Of a stretch of 64,000 bases of DNA, positions 59,255 through 64,000 are shown piece by piece; the stretch's first letter is position 1; every line of letters starts with the position of its first letter. The stretch is from Longimicrobiales bacterium. GTDB lineage: Bacteria > Gemmatimonadota > Gemmatimonadetes > Longimicrobiales > Gaopeijiaceae. Below the pieces are notes generated by a model, which saw only the letters and a list, made by a program, of their open reading frames with translations, ran no database searches and was not told the origin of the DNA. The position numbers and the translations under genes were made by a program. The DNA lies in contig CBDAON010000004.1 of NCBI GenBank assembly GCA_965198065.1, positions 1,312,001-1,376,000 of the forward strand. The letters run 5' to 3'.

Positions 59255-59761
59255 TCACGGCTACGTGCCCCGCGCGGAGAACCCCGCCGGGTTCTCTTTC
59301 TGATCTGTCACCGCCAAGGGAGGAGATGGAATTGGACAACGGGGGGGTGCAGCCTCGGAGGCTCCGGAGCCGTTAGGGGCCTCGCGCTGCTAGCTTCCGC
59401 ACGTCTTCCGGGGGCAGGTGGAGCGCATGGGGGCCAAGCTCCTGAATTCACCTGCCCGCAATACCGCGCCATGGGGCATTCCACCAACCCTGAACCCCGT
59501 TCCTTCCCGTCTTGAGCCGTTAGCTCGATCGCCCGAAAGGCATCCCGAATCCGGCGGTGAGCTCTCCAGTCGGACGGGCTGAACCTGGCCGGACATTCCT
59601 TCGGGTCCTTGGAACGTGTGCCCTTCGGGCGCGCCCCGTCTTTCGCAGCCCGGAGAATCGCCGCGCCGCGCATGACAAGACGGGTCTTCATCAAGGTGTC
59701 TTCCGCTGCCGCGCGCTCGACGCAGCGTCGGATCCCGAAGCGGAGGGAGGACGAGGAGGCG

Positions 59762-59902
59762 CCCACCAACGCCCTCGAGCACGAGGCCGACATCGCACGC
59801 GTCCAGGATTGGCTCGGCCACGCCAACGTCAGCACCACCCGGATCTACGACCGGCGTGCGCGACGCCCCGAGGACAGCCCCACGTTCCGCGTCAGCTACT
59901 GA
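59762..59902 (+). pseudogene. C-terminal fragment of a tyrosine recombinase fused to an IS3 fragment of about 50 bp
   Basis: TNALEH.ADIARVQDWLGHANVSTTRIYDRR; 59711-59762 matches about 56611-56662. Confidence 0.75.
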
Positions 59903-60066
59903 CGAGGGGATTCGCTGTCAGTGATCCTCGAGGCCTAACGGGGCTAGAAGCACCCTTCCCTTTCCCTCCAAGAAATTTCTGTTGCTTCTGGAGCCTAGAT
60001 GTGACACACTTGCACGCGTACATGCTTGCAAGTGTGCACACCTAAACATCGAAAGGGACCGAGCCC

Positions 60067-60327
60067 ATGACAGACTTCGCAAGCGCGCTTAAGAAACCGG
60101 CGACTCCGGAGTCCGATCCACCTCAGAAACGCACTGAAAGAGGCAAGGCACCGATGAATCCGTCGAGGCAAGGCACCAAGCACATCGGCGGCTACTTCTC
60201 GCCAGAAGTATCTAGGCAGCTACGCACGATCGCAGCAGTCGAAGACACGTCCAACCAGAAACTCTTGGCCGAAGCGCTCGACATGCTCTTTCAGAGTCGC
60301 AAGATGCCAATGATTGCAAACAGGTAA
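60067..60327 (+). CDS. Ribbon-helix-helix (ParG-like) protein
   Basis: SRQGTKHIGGYFSPEVSRQLRTIA..QKLLAEALDMLF. Confidence 0.8.
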   Translation: MTDFASALKKPATPESDPPQKRTERGKAPMNPSRQGTKHIGGYFSPEVSRQLRTIAAVEDTSNQKLLAEALDMLFQSRKMPMIANR

Positions 60328-60361
60328 ACACCTGCAATTGTGCACATATGCACACTACGCC

Positions 60362-61035
60362 TTAGTGTCGCCGCGCGTAGCGGGCCTTGCAGAAGCCTAG
60401 GAAGGCTGCATCCGTACTCTTCAGGGTGGGGCATCCGGACTGACGCCAGAACTCCTTCCAGTCGCTTTCCCAGGTATAGACGGTCCTCACCCAACGTGTA
60501 GCGTTTCGCGCGCTCGTACGTGTCCAACGAGCGGAAGGGTGGGGGGTCGTCCTGACGGTGGCTCTCCCACCACGCACCGCGGTTGCGAAACACCACCTGG
60601 TCAGCTTCTTCGTCGAACTCGACCGTGTAGTCCGGCAAATGGTTGCTTTCTGCCAACTGCTTGGTGAAGAAGCGAAACTTCTTCAGCGGGCTCCGTGCGC
60701 CCATCTTTTTGCGGAGGAGCTCTAGGCCGATGCGCCAGTCGGCCTTTCGGCCGCAATGCTTCCGGGCAATCTCATAGGCACGGCGCTCGTACGGCTTTCC
60801 AAGACGGAAGTAGTCTCGGTTAAGGGTCAGAACCTCGCCCGCGCGAATCGCACGGAATACCCAATCAGATAGGGTGACCTCGACCCACAGCAAGCGGCCA
60901 TCCAGACCTTTTTCGCGACGTATTGAGGAAGCATCGATAAGCCCAAACGTATCGATTTGCTCCTCATCACCCGTGCGGATGTTCGTGCTGATGGTGGTTC
61001 CTCGCAGCCGCTCTAAAGCGGCGATGAACGCAGCA
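60362..61035 (-). pseudogene. 5'-truncated, frameshifted plasmid replication initiator (RepA, RPA family)
   Basis: LERLRGTTISTNI, LSDWVFRAI, VLTLNRDYFRL, YEIARKHCG, HLPDY; C-terminus DAAFLGFC in another frame. Confidence 0.82.
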
Positions 61036-61056
61036 GAGCATCTTCGGGCTGGTTCC

Positions 61057-61278
61057 TCAGAAGTCTTCGGGAGGGACTCCGAGTCGCTCGAGCGCCTTTG
61101 GGGAGAGCTGGGGGGACCCCAGGACGGTGCCGGCATCCATGCCTCCCTCGACCCAACCCCTCTCGGGGCCGCGCCAGGTCTCGACCCGGAGCTCGCCGGA
61201 ATCCACGTCCTCTACCCAGCGACCGACCACGCCGCCGTCGCGGGAGGGACCGCCTAGCACCTTAAGTTCGCCCATCAC
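61057..61278 (-). CDS. Small hypothetical protein
   Basis: GGAG RBS; MGELKVLGG...RVETW...LERLGVP; no recognisable family. Confidence 0.35.
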   Translation of the reverse strand: MMGELKVLGGPSRDGGVVGRWVEDVDSGELRVETWRGPERGWVEGGMDAGTVLGSPQLSPKALERLGVPPEDF

Positions 61279-61948
61279 CAAGTCTCCCAAAGGGTGGGAG
61301 GTCGTTCAGCAGAGCAGTGACGTCGAGGCGCTCAAGAGAGCCGCCTCCGACCTTGTGCAACCCTACCGTGACATTCTACGCCAGGTGCAGCGAGACGTTC
61401 CGGGTGCCAAGCTGTTGGGTGCTAACCATAGAACGGCGTTCTCGTAAGTCGTGACAGGGCACCACAAGTTCCCGCCCCGCCCCCGACTCCGACAGGGGGA
61501 GGGAGGGAAGAGGGAGCACCGGTCGGCGCCGCTTCTGAGGAGCGCCGCCGCCACTCCCTCTCTCTGTCAACAGCAGTTCTTCCGCCCAGCTCCTGAACAG
61601 CGCTTCGGAGGTTGCGGAGACCAAACCACAGGAGGGAAAGAGATTGATCGAAACCCACACCGACCCCGACCTAAAGGGAGGGGGGGGTGGGGGGGCGGGT
61701 TGCCCCCCAGGGGGGTGCGCCCCCGCCCCTTTCGAGGCGTCCTCGGTCGTCGCCTTCGAGGGTGAGCATGCCCAGCTGTAAGCCGCTCCCCCTGGAGGCC
61801 TCCAGAGAACTCGTCAGCGCGGCGATCGCCGCCGCCCGTCCTGCAGGGCGGATCGCGAACGGCCGGGCTTCCGGCTTGACCTGCACAACCCGGGATAGCT
61901 AACCCGCAGCTGCGCCAGTGGACACCCCAGCCGCTGAAGGGCGCCAGA

Positions 61949-62224
61949 TCAATCGAACAAATCGGTATGGGTTCCAGTCCGAACCAGGATGAGAGCATCG
62001 TCCTCCTGGTCCCAGACCAACAGCCAGTCCGGCTCGATGTGACATTCCCAGCAAGGCGACCAGTCCCCGGTCAACCGATGCTTCCGATGTCGTGGGTCGA
62101 GAGGCTGATTCGACAGAAGTCGCTCCACGACACTCCAGAGCTTGTCGAGATCCTTGCCGCGCTTTCTGCCACGCTTGAGATCCTTCTCGAATCGCTTCGT
62201 GGTAAGCAGGCGCATTGGGATCAA
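61949..62224 (-). CDS. yafQ: YafQ-family mRNA interferase toxin
   Basis: FEKDLK, HRLTGDW, ECHIEPDWLL, RTGTHTDLF. Confidence 0.93.
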   Translation of the reverse strand: MIPMRLLTTKRFEKDLKRGRKRGKDLDKLWSVVERLLSNQPLDPRHRKHRLTGDWSPCWECHIEPDWLLVWDQEDDALILVRTGTHTDLFD

Positions 62225-62478
62225 CCGTGCCGGGCTTTGAGATCCTCCAGGCTGGTGTATTCGGTGAGTCCCTCTCCGGTGCGGGCCTGCCGCAACGCTG
62301 CGATGGTCTCGGCATTGGGAACCTTCACAGCGAACGGCAAGCCGTGATGCAGCGTTACCTGTCGATAGAACAGCGTGATCGCCACGGTTGGCGACAAACC
62401 GAGCCCCGAGAAGATCTCTTCGGCCTGGCTCTTCAACTCCGGTTCAACGCGGGCCCGGATCATTTCGGTCTTGGCCAT
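62221..62478 (-). CDS. dinJ: DinJ/RelB antitoxin
   Basis: IRARVEPELKSQAEEI..LGLS..AI.LF.RQ..GLPF..PNAET. Confidence 0.93.
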   Translation of the reverse strand: MAKTEMIRARVEPELKSQAEEIFSGLGLSPTVAITLFYRQVTLHHGLPFAVKVPNAETIAALRQARTGEGLTEYTSLEDLKARHG

Positions 62479-63226
62479 TTTGGGAACCTCCCCCGTCTTG
62501 TTTGCTGATAATGTATCCCACACGGGGAACAGATCAATAACGTGACCTTTTCTCTCCACGATCCCAGCGTCGTCGCCCCCCTCGCCGGCCTCCGCCTCGA
62601 AGATGGCGGGTGCGGGTCTCCGCGAGCATCCGCATTGGGCACGGGCTTATAGAAGTGGCGCGGGAAATCGGCCGGACCCGTCCAGGCCGTGAGTTCTCAC
62701 CTGCCGTCAGCTCGGGCCGATCCCTTGATTTCGCGCCTTCGACCGGCCGGAGAGCCGGCCAGGAGGCCCTCAGCACAGACTTCTCGACGGCGGCTGACCC
62801 GTAGGACCTTTAGCAGGGCAGCGGCTCGGTAGGCGTCGCCGGCGCATTCGCCCAGACTGCCGCGTTCGCTCGACCTCCGCGATGCCGTCGTCAAAAGCGT
62901 CTACAAGAGTACGTACCAGTACCGTAGCAAGGAGATGGACATGGACGCAGGGGGGGATCGTGCGTGACCTCGTATCTCCAATGTGGAGGACGACTTGGGA
63001 CGCACACGGGATGGTCGGAAATACGGACGTGTCCACGGGCCGTGTGTACGGGTGTTCACCCCTCACTTTTGGGGCACAGATCCTGGGGGTTGTTAGTAGA
63101 TTCAAGAGGCTGGATCATATTCGGAGGCAGCGGAGAAGCTCTGGAGGAAGGCGAGAGCCAGAAGCGGGGACTAGACGGATCGGCTTCGGACGCCTTCCCC
63201 CACGTTCAGCGGTTCCTAGAAATAGT

Positions 63227-63335
63227 TCACGCAGCCGCCTGCTTGCGCCTCTCCTGCGCCAAGTCATAGGCCGCCTGAAGACGCATCCAGTGATACTGCG
63301 TTGCTCCAACCGATGCGCTCCAGTGCCAGCGAGGA
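63227..63335 (-). pseudogene. C-terminal remnant of a HigA-type antitoxin
   Basis: LALERIGWSNA / WMRLQAAYDLAQERR across a frameshift. Confidence 0.6.
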
Positions 63336-63471
63336 TGGCGGTACGCGTCTTGATGAAAGCCTGAATCTCGGCCGCCATAGATTCGTCTTCGGACCGGACA
63401 CCCGAAGGCCGGGATCAATTTGATTTGCGATCAAACAGAGTGTGGGCCGACTCCGAACACAGTCAACGAGC

Positions 63472-63900
63472 CTACCGTTCCCAGATCACCTCGACCCCTA
63501 ACTCGCAATCGGTGGGGATCCTGAGGCGACGGCCTTCGACGATGGCCTCATCGGTGCAGCTTCCGTCGCCCGGACTCAGGCGCAGCCTGTCGCCGGATGC
63601 TGTCCAAGTGCCGGAAACCGGGATCCGGCTAGGCACCCTGGTCTGGGCAGGGGTGACATCGAAGTAGCCGGACCAATTTTGGTCCTGGCGGATCTCTAGA
63701 CGGCCATCATGAACGGTGAGGAGGGTTATTCCGGTGGTCACGTCTATTAGCGTCATGGGAAGTGCAAGACCGATGACGCTGACCAGCCGGTAGGTTCCGA
63801 TAAAGCTAGGGGCCTGTGGGGCCGTGGGGCTGCCATCGCTTGTGTCACTGCCGCAACCAAAGGTGAAGAGCACTGCGAGTAGCACGGCGAACTTGCGCAC
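63472..63900 (-). CDS. Lipoprotein, lipocalin-like beta fold
   Basis: MRKFAVLLAVLFTFGC lipobox; IGTYRLVSV, SGTWT. Confidence 0.65.
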   Translation of the reverse strand: MRKFAVLLAVLFTFGCGSDTSDGSPTAPQAPSFIGTYRLVSVIGLALPMTLIDVTTGITLLTVHDGRLEIRQDQNWSGYFDVTPAQTRVPSRIPVSGTWTASGDRLRLSPGDGSCTDEAIVEGRRLRIPTDCELGVEVIWER

Positions 63901-64000
63901 AGAGATGCCCCTGTAGGACTGTGGGCCTGATGAAGAGCCAAGATCGTGCCAGCGTACCAACTACCAGGGTCGTCGGACAATGGCGGGCGTAGAGACCGTG

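Noticed and set aside
59460..59700. RelE/HigB-like toxin remnant
   Set aside because: Resemblance too vague without a search
12974..64000. attR duplicate of the tRNA-Ile 3' end
   Set aside because: Not noticed by eye; the island end probably lies beyond the window, so the ICE right boundary is not called

Overview
High-GC bacterial DNA; gene content and order suggest a Gemmatimonadota-like organism (inference only). 1-12.85 kb is ordinary chromosome: MFS transporter, M14 and M3 peptidases, GGDEF protein, msrA, dnaE, yigZ, pcm. After a tRNA-Ile(GAT) gene at 12900-12973, the rest of the window is a genomic island whose right end is not visible. Its core is a minus-strand ICE: alpA-virB2-virB3-virB4-virB9-virB10-trbJ-trbL-virB8-wHTH-virD4-virB11-ardC-Replic_Relax-like gene-xis-int. 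The main observation is that two essential T4SS genes are each split by a small element carrying a P4-type tyrosine integrase. Element 1 (about 5.0 kb) sits in virB8 between 19-bp direct repeats (21786/26777). Element 2 (about 4.3 kb) sits in virB4 between 11-bp direct repeats (32949/37251). Removing each element at its repeat restores an in-frame gene (222 aa and 816 aa). Both carry related oriT-like hairpins and decayed mobC, but no recognisable relaxase or excisionase. A third related element (about 10 kb, 27-bp repeats at 42111/52127) is inserted in the 3' end of another integrase gene and carries TIR, Schlafen/AlbA and HEPN-like candidate defence genes. The right end is a graveyard of IS256/IS3/IS21 pieces and plasmid rep/par relics, plus selO, an OmpA-family gene and dinJ-yafQ. 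No CRISPR array or rRNA was seen.
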